From: Trueperaceae bacterium
Lineage (GTDB): Bacteria; Deinococcota; Deinococci; Deinococcales; Trueperaceae
NCBI GenBank assembly: GCA_034520945.1
Contig: JAXHNB010000005.1
Location: 352,001 to 416,000 of the forward strand
Reading direction: 5' to 3'
DNA length: 64,000 nucleotides
Shown piece by piece: positions 1 to 8,429 of this stretch. The notes below the pieces were generated by a model, which saw only the letters and a list, made by a program, of their open reading frames with translations, made no database searches and was not told the DNA's origin. Positions within the stretch are counted from its first letter, which is position 1. The number at the start of each line of letters is the position of its first letter. The translations under genes were made by a program, and so were the position numbers.

Positions 1-831
1 TTGGGCGCCCGGGGGCGCAGGGGACGCAATCTGGACCTGGGGCCGCTCGGCATCGTGATTCCCGCGAGAAACCTGCCCGGCATCTCGACGGTGATCTCGT
101 GGTGCGCGGGCTGGACCATGGTATGGGGCGTGATCTACGGGGAGTTCTGGGGCAACTTCCTGGAGCATTGGCCCGAAGGCCGCCCCGTGTTCGGCGCGCA
201 CGGCGAGGGGATCTTCGACATCTTGTTGTTCCGTGTCGAGGTGTTCACCCCGTTGCTGATCCTCACCCTGGGCTTCGGCACGCTGCAGGTGCTGATGGGG
301 TGGGCCATCCGCGCCTACTACGGCTACAAGCACCATGACGCCAAGCACACCTGGGAGGGCATCGGCATGTTCGCGGGTCTGGCCGGCGTGGTGATCTTCG
401 CCACCGCCTACCTGACCGAGGCGCTGGGCCCGGCCGTGCTGAGCGTGACCGGCGTGCTGCTCGCGATGTTCCTGGTGGCCGTCGTCGCCTCGGGCCTGCC
501 CCTGATGCTGGTCGAGCTGATCTCCAACTCCGGCCACATCCTCAGCTACCTGCGACTGTTCGCGGTCGGCCTGTCGGCCGCGCTGGTCGCGGGCCTCGGG
601 ACCGACGCCGGCTTCGCCACCAACGCGGCGATCGGGGTCCCGGTGCTCGGCGAGTTGCTGGGTGCCGTCATCGCGATCACCATCAACCTGGCGGCCGTCA
701 TCCTCACCCTCGTGGGGCACACGCTGCAGCCGCTTCGTCTGCAGTACGTGGAGTTCTTTACCAAGTTCGGCTTCTACGAACAGAGTGGCCGACCCTACAC
801 GCCGTTCCGGCTCTTTGGAGGAAAAGCATGA
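1..831 (+). CDS. atpI: V/A-type ATP synthase subunit I (NtpI/VatI), 5'-truncated by window edge
   Basis: Multi-TM protein with GHILSYLRLFAVGL and QPLRLQYVEFFTKF C-terminal motifs; first visible gene of the V-ATPase operon. Confidence 0.95.
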   Translation: MGARGRRGRNLDLGPLGIVIPARNLPGISTVISWCAGWTMVWGVIYGEFWGNFLEHWPEGRPVFGAHGEGIFDILLFRVEVFTPLLILTLGFGTLQVLMGWAIRAYYGYKHHDAKHTWEGIGMFAGLAGVVIFATAYLTEALGPAVLSVTGVLLAMFLVAVVASGLPLMLVELISNSGHILSYLRLFAVGLSAALVAGLGTDAGFATNAAIGVPVLGELLGAVIAITINLAAVILTLVGHTLQPLRLQYVEFFTKFGFYEQSGRPYTPFRLFGGKA

Positions 832-1136
832 ACAAGTTCATCACTGTACTCGGCCTGATTCTGGTCTCTTCGCTCTTCGGTCTCGCGTTCGCGCAGGAGG
901 CCGAGAGCGCCGCCAGCATCGGCGACGGCCTGATCGCGCTGGGCGCCGCGCTGGCCATCGGCGTCGCCGCCGTCGGCGTCGGCCTGGCGCAGGCCGCCAT
1001 CGGTTCGGCCGGGGCGGGCACGCTGGCGGAACGGCCCGAGGCGTTCGGCCAGATCCTGATCTACCTGGTCATTCCCGAAACCATCATCATCTTCGCGTTC
1101 GTGATCGCATTCTTCCTCAACGGTCAGATCGGCTGA
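828..1136 (+). CDS. atpK: V/A-type ATP synthase proteolipid subunit K (L/c)
   Basis: Signal-like N-terminus, two Gly/Ala-rich helices, ion-binding IPETII motif; GGAGG SD; ATGA overlap with atpI. Confidence 0.95.
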   Translation: MNKFITVLGLILVSSLFGLAFAQEAESAASIGDGLIALGAALAIGVAAVGVGLAQAAIGSAGAGTLAERPEAFGQILIYLVIPETIIIFAFVIAFFLNGQIG

Positions 1137-1142
1137 TCTCGC

Positions 1143-1724
1143 GTGGCGGATCTGGCTGCTCTGCTCGAAAAGGAAGCGGGCGCGGAGATCGAAGCCATCC
1201 TCTCCGAGGCGCGCGAACGCGCCTCGGAGATCGTCTCGCAGGCGGAACGCGAGGCAGAGGCGCTGGTGCAGCGCGCGGAACGGCAGGCCCAGTCGCGCCG
1301 GCAGGCCGCACAGGTGCGCGCCCGCAGTTCGGCGCAACTCGAGGCGGCGTCGATGCGGCTCGGTGCGCAGCAGAAGGCGATCGACTCCGTGTTCAATGAG
1401 GTGAAGTCGCGGATCGACGCGCTGCCGAAGGACGAGAAGCGCTACGCGGCCGTCTTGGACGCGCTGCTGAAGGAGGCCCTCGAGGACGTCGCTGGCGAGC
1501 CCGACGCGGTGGTGGCGCACCCGGACGCGGCATCCGCGGTGCGCGCCGCCATGGAACGCGCCGGCGTCTCGGCCGAGCTGCGGACCGACGCGTCGGTGTC
1601 GGGCGGGGTCCGGATCGAGACCGGCAGCGTGAGCGTCGAGAACACGCTCCCAGGGCGTCTGGCGGCGCTCCGGGACGAGCTGGCATCGGAGGTCGCGGCG
1701 GTCCTCACGAGCAAGGAGCCCTAA
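1143..1724 (+). CDS. atpE: V/A-type ATP synthase subunit E
   Basis: N-terminal coiled coil, C-terminal GGVRIE..VENTL motif; operon position. Confidence 0.92.
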   Translation: MADLAALLEKEAGAEIEAILSEARERASEIVSQAEREAEALVQRAERQAQSRRQAAQVRARSSAQLEAASMRLGAQQKAIDSVFNEVKSRIDALPKDEKRYAAVLDALLKEALEDVAGEPDAVVAHPDAASAVRAAMERAGVSAELRTDASVSGGVRIETGSVSVENTLPGRLAALRDELASEVAAVLTSKEP

Positions 1725-1725
1725 G

Positions 1726-2739
1726 ATGTCCAGTGACTTCGGGTACGTCAACGCCCGCGTGCGGGGAATGTCCTCGCGGCTGCTGGGCGCCGACGTGTTT
1801 CAGGCCGCGCTGGCCGCACAGGACTTCTCCGGCTTCACCTCGGTGTTGGCCCAGTCGCCGTACGCGCACGCGCTGGAGGAGGCGCAGGCGCGGGGCGCGG
1901 GCCTGAGCGCCGTCGATCGCGCCCTCGCCCGGGACTTTCACGACGTGACGCGCGGGATGCTGTCGTTCGCGGACGGCGAACCACGCCGCCTGATCGCGGC
2001 GTTGCTGCGCCGCTACGATCTCGAGGACCTCAAGACCGTGGCACGCGCCAAGCACGCCGGCCGCTCGCCGGAGGAGATCGGCGAGGCGCTGGTCGGCGCG
2101 GGCGATCTGCGCCCCACGTTGCTGCAGAACCTGGCTGCGGCGCCGGACCTTCCCTCCGCCGCGCAATCGCTGGCGATCGCCAAGCATCCCCTCGGCCCCG
2201 CCTTCGCGCGCGCGGCGCGCGGCTACGCCTCCGACGGGGACCTGCACGCCTTCGAGCTGGCACTCGACAAGGCGTACTTCGGGACGCTGGTCGACACGAG
2301 TGAACGTCGCGGCACGCCCGAGACGTTCCGCGCCCACGTCCGCCGCGAGATCGACGCGGCCAACCTCCGCACCTCGCTCAAGATCGTGGGGCGCGGCGGG
2401 GACGCGGACGCGTTCTTCCTGCCCGGGGGGCGCGAGGTGTCGCGCGACGCGTTCGTGCAGTTGGCCGCGCAGGGGGTGGACGCGCTCTCAGCCGTGCGCT
2501 CTTTGACCTTCGACGCGGTGACGTCGGCGACGGACCGTGCCGGCGCCGAAGCGGCGATCCGCGCCTCGCTGGACGCGGCGGCGCGGCGCGCGGCGCTGCG
2601 CGATCCGTTGGGGATCGGCGTGGTGATCCGCTACCTGCGCGCCAAGGAGACCGAGGCCGCCAAGCTGCGCCTGCTGGCGCGCGGGGCGTTCTACGGCGTG
2701 CCGCGCCGCGAACTGGAGAAGGAGCTCGGCCATGCATAG
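1726..2739 (+). CDS. atpC: V/A-type ATP synthase subunit C (d/AC39 family)
   Basis: DFGYVNARVRGM N-terminus, EIDAANLRT, LRLLARG; operon position. Confidence 0.93.
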   Translation: MSSDFGYVNARVRGMSSRLLGADVFQAALAAQDFSGFTSVLAQSPYAHALEEAQARGAGLSAVDRALARDFHDVTRGMLSFADGEPRRLIAALLRRYDLEDLKTVARAKHAGRSPEEIGEALVGAGDLRPTLLQNLAAAPDLPSAAQSLAIAKHPLGPAFARAARGYASDGDLHAFELALDKAYFGTLVDTSERRGTPETFRAHVRREIDAANLRTSLKIVGRGGDADAFFLPGGREVSRDAFVQLAAQGVDALSAVRSLTFDAVTSATDRAGAEAAIRASLDAAARRAALRDPLGIGVVIRYLRAKETEAAKLRLLARGAFYGVPRRELEKELGHA

Positions 2740-3058
2740 GGTCATCGTGCTGACCGACGCCGAGACGGCGACGGGCTACCGGCTGGCCGGCGTCGAGGTG
2801 CGGGTGGCGGATCCGGAGGAGGCCCCCTCGGTCCTGACCGAGCTGATCGAGGAGGACGTATTCGGTCTGGTGATCGTGGACGAGGGTCTGATCCAAGACC
2901 CGGTGGCCTCCGCAGCGCGCGTGATGCGCGGCCGCGAGTTGCCGGTATTGCTTGCCGTGCCCAGCCTGGGCGCGGCGTTCGACGAAGACGACGACGTGAC
3001 GGCCTACATGCGGGACGTGGTGCGCAGCGCGATCGGCTTCGACGTCAAAATGGAGTAG
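2732..3058 (+). CDS. atpF: V/A-type ATP synthase subunit F
   Basis: DAETATGYRLAGVE and VRSAIGFDVK motifs. Confidence 0.93.
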   Translation: MHRVIVLTDAETATGYRLAGVEVRVADPEEAPSVLTELIEEDVFGLVIVDEGLIQDPVASAARVMRGRELPVLLAVPSLGAAFDEDDDVTAYMRDVVRSAIGFDVKME

Positions 3059-3070
3059 GAGGGGTCCCCC

Positions 3071-4810
3071 ATGGCCATTGAAGGCAAGATCGCAAGAATA
3101 TCCGGACCCGCCGTCATCGCCGAGGAGATGATGGGCGCGCGCATGTACGACATCGTGCGCGTCGGCGAGGAGAACCTCGTCGGCGAAATCATCCGCCTGG
3201 ACGGCGATACCGCCTTCGTGCAGGTGTACGAGGACACCGGCGGCCTCACCGTCGGCCAACCCGTGGTGTCGACGGGCCTGCCCTTGGCCGTGGAGCTGGG
3301 GCCGGGCATGCTGAACGGCATCTTCGACGGCATCCAGCGACCGCTGGACAAGATCGAGGAGGCCTCGGGCGCCTACATCGAACGCGGGATCACGGTGAAC
3401 GCGCTCTCGCGCGAGACGAAGTGGACCTTCACCCCCACCGTGAAGGCCGGCGACGAGGTGGAGCCCGGCCATCAGATCGGCACGGTGCCGGAGTACTCGT
3501 TCACGCACAAGATCCTGGTGCCGCCCGGCAAGGGGGGCAAGATCGCGCGCGTGGTCGAGGAGGGCTCGTACACCGTCGACGACACGGTGGCCGAACTCGA
3601 GGACGGAACGGTGCTGACGCTGATGCACCAGTGGCCGGTCCGCCAGCCGCGGCCGGTGACCGAGAAGCTGGACCCCATCACGCCGTTCCTGACGGGCATG
3701 CGCATTCTGGACGTGCTGTTTCCCCTCACCATGGGCGGCACCGCCGCCATCCCCGGCCCGTTCGGGTCCGGCAAGACGGTGGCGCAGCAATCGATCGCCA
3801 AGTACGGCAACGCCGAGATCGTGATCTACGTCGGCTGCGGCGAGCGCGGCAACGAAATGACGGACGTGCTGGTGGAGTTCCCCGAGTTGGAGGATCCCCA
3901 GACCGGCAACCCGCTGATGCACCGGACGGTGTTGATCGCGAACACCTCGAACATGCCGGTGGCGGCCCGCGAGGCGTCGATCTACACCGGCATCACGCTG
4001 GCGGAGTACTTCCGTGACCAGGGCTACCGCGTGTCGATCATGGCGGACTCCACCAGCCGTTGGGCGGAGGCGCTGCGCGAGATCAGCTCGCGGTTGGAGG
4101 AGATGCCGGCCGAGGAGGGCTACCCGCCCTACCTGGCGTCGCGCCTGTCGGCGTTCTACGAGCGGGGTGGGCGCGTCACCACGCTGGGCGGCGACCAGGG
4201 GGCCGTGTCGATCATCGGCGCGGTCAGTCCGGCCGGCGGGGACTTCTCCGAGCCGGTCACGCAGGCCACCTTGCGCATCACGGGGTGCTTCTGGGCGTTG
4301 GACGCCTCGCTGGCGCGGCGGCGCCACTTCCCCTCGATCAACTGGAACCGGTCGTACTCGTTGTTCAAGGACGGGCTGGACGCCTGGTACCGCGAGAACG
4401 TCGCCGAGGACTACCCCGAGCTGGTCGATCAGGCGATGGACGTGCTCCAGCGCGAGGCCGACCTGCAGGAGGTCGTGCAGTTGGTCGGCCCCGACGCGCT
4501 GCAGGACAATGAACGCCTGATCATCGAGGTGGGGCGAATCCTGCGGCAGGACTTCCTGCAACAGAACGGCTTCGATCCGGTCGACGCGTCGTGCACCCTG
4601 GAGAAGGCGTATGGGCTGCTGCAGATGATGTTGAAGCTGCACGCCAAGGCCCGCGAGGCCGTCGAGGGGGGCGCCACGGTCGACGAACTGCTGGGCGATC
4701 CGGTCATCGAGAAGGTGAACCGTGCCCGCTACGTGTCGGAGGACGAGTTCCCCGCCTACCGCGACGACGTGATCGGGCAGCTCGACGACGCATTCAAAGT
4801 CCCCGCCTAA
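3071..4810 (+). CDS. atpA: V/A-type ATP synthase catalytic subunit A
   Basis: P-loop [38 protein letters not shown]; no intein visible. Confidence 0.98.
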   Translation: MAIEGKIARISGPAVIAEEMMGARMYDIVRVGEENLVGEIIRLDGDTAFVQVYEDTGGLTVGQPVVSTGLPLAVELGPGMLNGIFDGIQRPLDKIEEASGAYIERGITVNALSRETKWTFTPTVKAGDEVEPGHQIGTVPEYSFTHKILVPPGKGGKIARVVEEGSYTVDDTVAELEDGTVLTLMHQWPVRQPRPVTEKLDPITPFLTGMRILDVLFPLTMGGTAAIPGPFGSGKTVAQQSIAKYGNAEIVIYVGCGERGNEMTDVLVEFPELEDPQTGNPLMHRTVLIANTSNMPVAAREASIYTGITLAEYFRDQGYRVSIMADSTSRWAEALREISSRLEEMPAEEGYPPYLASRLSAFYERGGRVTTLGGDQGAVSIIGAVSPAGGDFSEPVTQATLRITGCFWALDASLARRRHFPSINWNRSYSLFKDGLDAWYRENVAEDYPELVDQAMDVLQREADLQEVVQLVGPDALQDNERLIIEVGRILRQDFLQQNGFDPVDASCTLEKAYGLLQMMLKLHAKAREAVEGGATVDELLGDPVIEKVNRARYVSEDEFPAYRDDVIGQLDDAFKVPA

Positions 4811-4819
4811 GGAGCGCAG

Positions 4820-6244
4820 ATGAGCAAGAACCTTCTGAAAAGGGAATACCGGGACGTCAGCTACGTCTCGGGTCCGTTGCTGTTCCTGCAGAACGCGGCC
4901 GACCTCAGCTACAACGCCATCGTGCGCATCGAGGACGGCGCCGGCCGCGTGCGCGGGGGGCAGGTGATCGAGGTCTCCAAGCGCCACACCGTGCTGCAGG
5001 TGTTCGAGGAGACCTCCGGCATCGACCTGTCCTCGACGACCGTGAGCCTGGTCGAGGACGTGGCCCGACTCGGCGTGAGCAAGGAGATGATCGGACGTCG
5101 CTTCGACGGGACCGGCGAGCCCATCGACGGCCTGCCCTCCGTGGTGGCGGACAAGCGCCTCCCCATCGGCGGCGCCCCCATCAATCCCGTCTCGCGGCGC
5201 AAGCCGGAGGAGTTCATCCAGACCGGCGTCAGTACCATCGACACCTTGATCAGCCTGGTGCGCGGCCAGAAGCTGCCGATCTTCTCGGGCTCGGGCCTGC
5301 CCGCCAACCAGCTGGCCGCACAGATCGCGCGGCAGGCGACCGTGCTCGCCGAGGAGAGCGAGTTCGCGGTGGTGTTCGCGGCGATGGGCGTGACGCAACG
5401 TGAGCTGGCGTTCTTCACCCAGGAGTTCGAGCGGACCGGCGCCCTGGCGCGCTCGGTGCTGTTCCTGAACAAGGCCGACGATCCTGCCGTCGAGCGCGTC
5501 CTGACCCCCCGCATGGCCCTCACCGCCGCGGAGTACCTGGCGTTCGAGCACGACTACCACGTGCTGGTCATTCTCACCGACATGACCAACTACTGCGAGG
5601 CCCTGCGCGAGATCGGCGGCGCCCGCGAGGAGATCCCCGGCCGACGCGGCTACCCCGGGTACATGTACACCGACCTGGCGGGGATCTACGAACGCGCCGG
5701 CGTGGTGCACGGAAACGAGGGGTCGGTCACGCAGCTCCCCATCCTGTCGATGCCGGACGACGACGTCACGCACCCCATCCCCGACCTGACCGGGTACATT
5801 ACCGAGGGCCAGATCTACCTGGCGCGCGACCTGCACAACAAGGGCATCTATCCGCCCATCAACCCAGGCCCGTCGCTGTCGCGCCTGATGAACAACGGGA
5901 TCGGCGAGGGCAAGACGCGTAGCGATCACAAGGACGTCGCCGATCAGTTGCAGGCCGCGTACGCCAACGGTCTCGACCTGCGCCGCCTGGTGGCGATCAC
6001 CGGCGAGGACGCGTTGTCGGAGACCGACAAGCTGTACCTGACCTTCGCCGACGAGTTCGAGAAGCTCTTCATCGATCAGGGCGAGGCGAACCGCACCATC
6101 GAGGAGTCGCTCCAGATCGCGTGGGCGTCGTTGTCCAAGCTGCCCAAGAGCGAGCTGACGCGTCTCAAGAACGACCAGATCGACGTGTACTACGGCGCGA
6201 AGATGGACGAGCTCTGGGGCGCGGCCAAGGACGCCGGCCGCTAG
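4820..6244 (+). CDS. atpB: V/A-type ATP synthase subunit B
   Basis: [45 protein letters not shown]. Confidence 0.98.
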   Translation: MSKNLLKREYRDVSYVSGPLLFLQNAADLSYNAIVRIEDGAGRVRGGQVIEVSKRHTVLQVFEETSGIDLSSTTVSLVEDVARLGVSKEMIGRRFDGTGEPIDGLPSVVADKRLPIGGAPINPVSRRKPEEFIQTGVSTIDTLISLVRGQKLPIFSGSGLPANQLAAQIARQATVLAEESEFAVVFAAMGVTQRELAFFTQEFERTGALARSVLFLNKADDPAVERVLTPRMALTAAEYLAFEHDYHVLVILTDMTNYCEALREIGGAREEIPGRRGYPGYMYTDLAGIYERAGVVHGNEGSVTQLPILSMPDDDVTHPIPDLTGYITEGQIYLARDLHNKGIYPPINPGPSLSRLMNNGIGEGKTRSDHKDVADQLQAAYANGLDLRRLVAITGEDALSETDKLYLTFADEFEKLFIDQGEANRTIEESLQIAWASLSKLPKSELTRLKNDQIDVYYGAKMDELWGAAKDAGR

Positions 6245-6259
6245 CGGGAGGAGGCGAAC

Positions 6260-6907
6260 ATGGCCGAAGCGGTCGCACCGACCCGCTCCAACCTGCTGCA
6301 GCGCCGCGACCAGCTCAAGCTGGCCGGGCGCGGCGCCGACCTGCTCAAGCGCAAGCGCGACGCGTTGATCAGTGAGTTCTTCGACCTGGTCAAAAGCTCG
6401 CTGGAGGCGCGCCGGGCGCTTCAGGAGGCCAGCCGCGAGGCGTACTTCGCGCTGTTCCTCGCCAACGCTTGGGACGGCCCCGTGGCGGTGGAAAGCCTGG
6501 CGCTGGCGAATCGCAGCACCATCGAGGTCGAGGTGGAGGTCGAGAACCTGTTCGGCGTCAAGGTGCCGCAGGTGCGCCCGCCGGAGTTCCCGGCCGAAAT
6601 GGCGTTCAGCCCCGTCGGCGCGGGCTCGCGTACCCTGGACGCGGCGACGGAGTTCCGCAAGCTGACCGAGGCGATCGTCCGGGTCGCCGCCACGGAGACC
6701 CGGTTGCGCCGCATCGGCGAGGAGATCAAGAAGACCAACCGCCGCGTCAACGCCCTGGAGCAGTTGGTGATCCCCGGCATCCAGCACCAGATCAAGAACA
6801 TCCGCAGCGTGCTGGACCAGCGCGCCCTGGAAGAGGTCACCGTCCTGAAGCGCATCAAGGCCAAGCTGGAGGCGAAGCAGAAGGCGGCCGAGACCGAGAC
6901 GGCCTGA
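6260..6907 (+). CDS. atpD: V/A-type ATP synthase subunit D
   Basis: PTRSNLL..LLKRKRDAL and EIKKTNRRVNALE motifs. Confidence 0.97.
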   Translation: MAEAVAPTRSNLLQRRDQLKLAGRGADLLKRKRDALISEFFDLVKSSLEARRALQEASREAYFALFLANAWDGPVAVESLALANRSTIEVEVEVENLFGVKVPQVRPPEFPAEMAFSPVGAGSRTLDAATEFRKLTEAIVRVAATETRLRRIGEEIKKTNRRVNALEQLVIPGIQHQIKNIRSVLDQRALEEVTVLKRIKAKLEAKQKAAETETA

Positions 6908-6969
6908 GCGCTCCACCCGCCATGTTCTCGCGCCCTTCGTGGGCGCGTTCGGCCTCGCCGGGCCCGCCA

Positions 6970-6998
6970 GCGTCCCCGCGCCTTCCGCGCGGGGACGC
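6970..6998 (+). terminator. GC-rich hairpin after V-ATPase operon (putative terminator)
   Basis: 12-bp stem GCGTCCCCGCGC/GCGCGGGGACGC, 5-nt loop, weak pyrimidine tail GTCTTC. Confidence 0.5.
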
Positions 6999-7066
6999 GT
7001 CTTCGACGTGGTTCGCGGGCTCGGCGCCGGGCGGACCGGCGTGCGGGCGGCCGGTGCCAGGAGGGC

Positions 7067-7148
7067 ATCTGTATACAACGTATTTGGCCTTTACAAGCCG
7101 GCGCATGGGCGGGTAGGCTTGTTGCGGGCGTCAAACCCCAATACAGAT
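7067..7148 (+). promoter_or_regulatory. Putative promoter (TTTACA-18-TAGGCT) with palindromic operator-like sites upstream of the amino-acid ABC operon
   Basis: TTTACA 7090-7095, TAGGCT 7114-7119; TGTATACA palindrome 7070-7077; ATCTGTAT/ATACAGAT inverted repeat. Confidence 0.5.
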
Positions 7149-7190
7149 CGGAAACGACGACGACGCACGCATCGCCTAGGAGGAGAGACT

Positions 7191-8207
7191 ATGCATAGAT
7201 TGTTGATCGCCGTGCTATCGCTGGGCCTGTTGACCGGCCTGGGGCTGGCGCAGGACAGCCTGCTGGACGAAGTGCAGGAACGCGGGGTGTTGGCCTGCGG
7301 CGTGAACAACCAGCTGCCGGGCTTCGGCTCGACCGACGCCGACGGGAACTTCCACGGCTTCGACGTCGACTATTGCCGCGCCGTCGCGGCCGCCGTGCTG
7401 GGCGACGCCGACGCGGTCGAGTACCGCCCGCTGACCGCCGCGGAACGCTTCACCGCCGTGCAGACCGGCGAGGTCGACGTGTTGATCCGCAACACCACCT
7501 GGACCTCCAGCCGCGATTCCGAGGTCGGTATGAGCTTCGCGCCCACCACCTTCTACGACGGCCAGGGCTTCATGGTGAAGGAGGACTCGGGCATCGAGTC
7601 GCTCCAGGATCTCGAAGGCCGCAGCATCTGCGTGCAGTCGGGCACCACGACCGAGTTGAACCTCGCCGACGTGATGGCGGCGCTGGACATCGAGTACACG
7701 CCGGTGATCTTCGAAACCGCCGACCAGGCCATCTCCGCCTACGACAGCGGTCAGTGCGAGTCGTACACCACCGACGTCTCCGGACTGGTGAGCCGCAAGA
7801 CCACGCTGCAGGACCCCGAAGGCAGCGTCATCTTCAACGAACGCATCTCCAAGGAGCCGCTCGGGCCCGCCGTCCTGCACGGGGACGACACCTGGAAGGA
7901 CGTCGTCACCTGGGTCGTGTTCGGCACCATCGCGGCCGAGGAGTACGGCATCACCTCCGACAACGTGCGCGACGTGATGGAGTCCAGCCAGAACCCTGCC
8001 GTGCGCCGCATGTTGGGCGTCGACGGCCAGGTGCTCGAGCAGCTCGGACTGGAGCAGGACGCCATCGTGAACGCGATCGAACAGGTCGGGAACTACGAGG
8101 AGATCTACAACCGCAACCTCGGTCCCGACACGCAGTTCGACATCCCGCGCGGTCTGAACTCGCTCTACACCGACGGCGGCCTGCTGTTTAGCCCGCCCTT
8201 CCGCTGA
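7191..8207 (+). CDS. aapJ: General L-amino acid ABC transporter substrate-binding protein (AapJ/BztA/NatF family)
   Basis: ATG at 7191 with AGGAGG SD and signal peptide; GFDVDYCRAVAAAV, RNTTWTSSRD, ISKEPLGPAV, GGLLFSPPFR. Confidence 0.93.
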   Translation: MHRLLIAVLSLGLLTGLGLAQDSLLDEVQERGVLACGVNNQLPGFGSTDADGNFHGFDVDYCRAVAAAVLGDADAVEYRPLTAAERFTAVQTGEVDVLIRNTTWTSSRDSEVGMSFAPTTFYDGQGFMVKEDSGIESLQDLEGRSICVQSGTTTELNLADVMAALDIEYTPVIFETADQAISAYDSGQCESYTTDVSGLVSRKTTLQDPEGSVIFNERISKEPLGPAVLHGDDTWKDVVTWVVFGTIAAEEYGITSDNVRDVMESSQNPAVRRMLGVDGQVLEQLGLEQDAIVNAIEQVGNYEEIYNRNLGPDTQFDIPRGLNSLYTDGGLLFSPPFR

Positions 8208-8214
8208 ACCCGGT

Positions 8215-8246
8215 CCGTTGGGGAGGGGCATGCCCCTCCCCAACGG
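8215..8246. repeat. Perfect 32-bp palindrome (hairpin) after the binding-protein gene
   Basis: CCGTTGGGGAGGGGCA|TGCCCCTCCCCAACGG. Confidence 0.85.
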
Positions 8247-8429
8247 TGTCGCCTTCGCGCGCCCGGGTGGGCGCGCACTGCGACGCCCGGCGCGTGCACC
8301 CCAGGCCCACCATGACGACGATCTCGTGAACCGCTATCTGGTTTCGCCCGCTCTGGTTGCGAATCTTCTCGCTACGCCGTTCCCTATCTGTGATCGACCC
8401 CAAGCTCTTGCGACCGGGAGGAGAGAGTC

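Noticed and set aside
828..1136. Possible Na+-coupled ATP synthase (Gln in helix 1, Glu-Thr in helix 2 of the proteolipid)
   Set aside because: As I recall, the H+-coupled T. thermophilus proteolipid has the same AQA and PET residues, so the motif is not decisive
2378..7078. 1566-aa antisense ORF, and similar long antisense/overlapping ORFs (e.g. 32564-35632, 43651-46674, 8334-10346)
   Set aside because: Shadow ORFs of well-identified genes, expected from high GC3 and few stop codons; no recognisable domains
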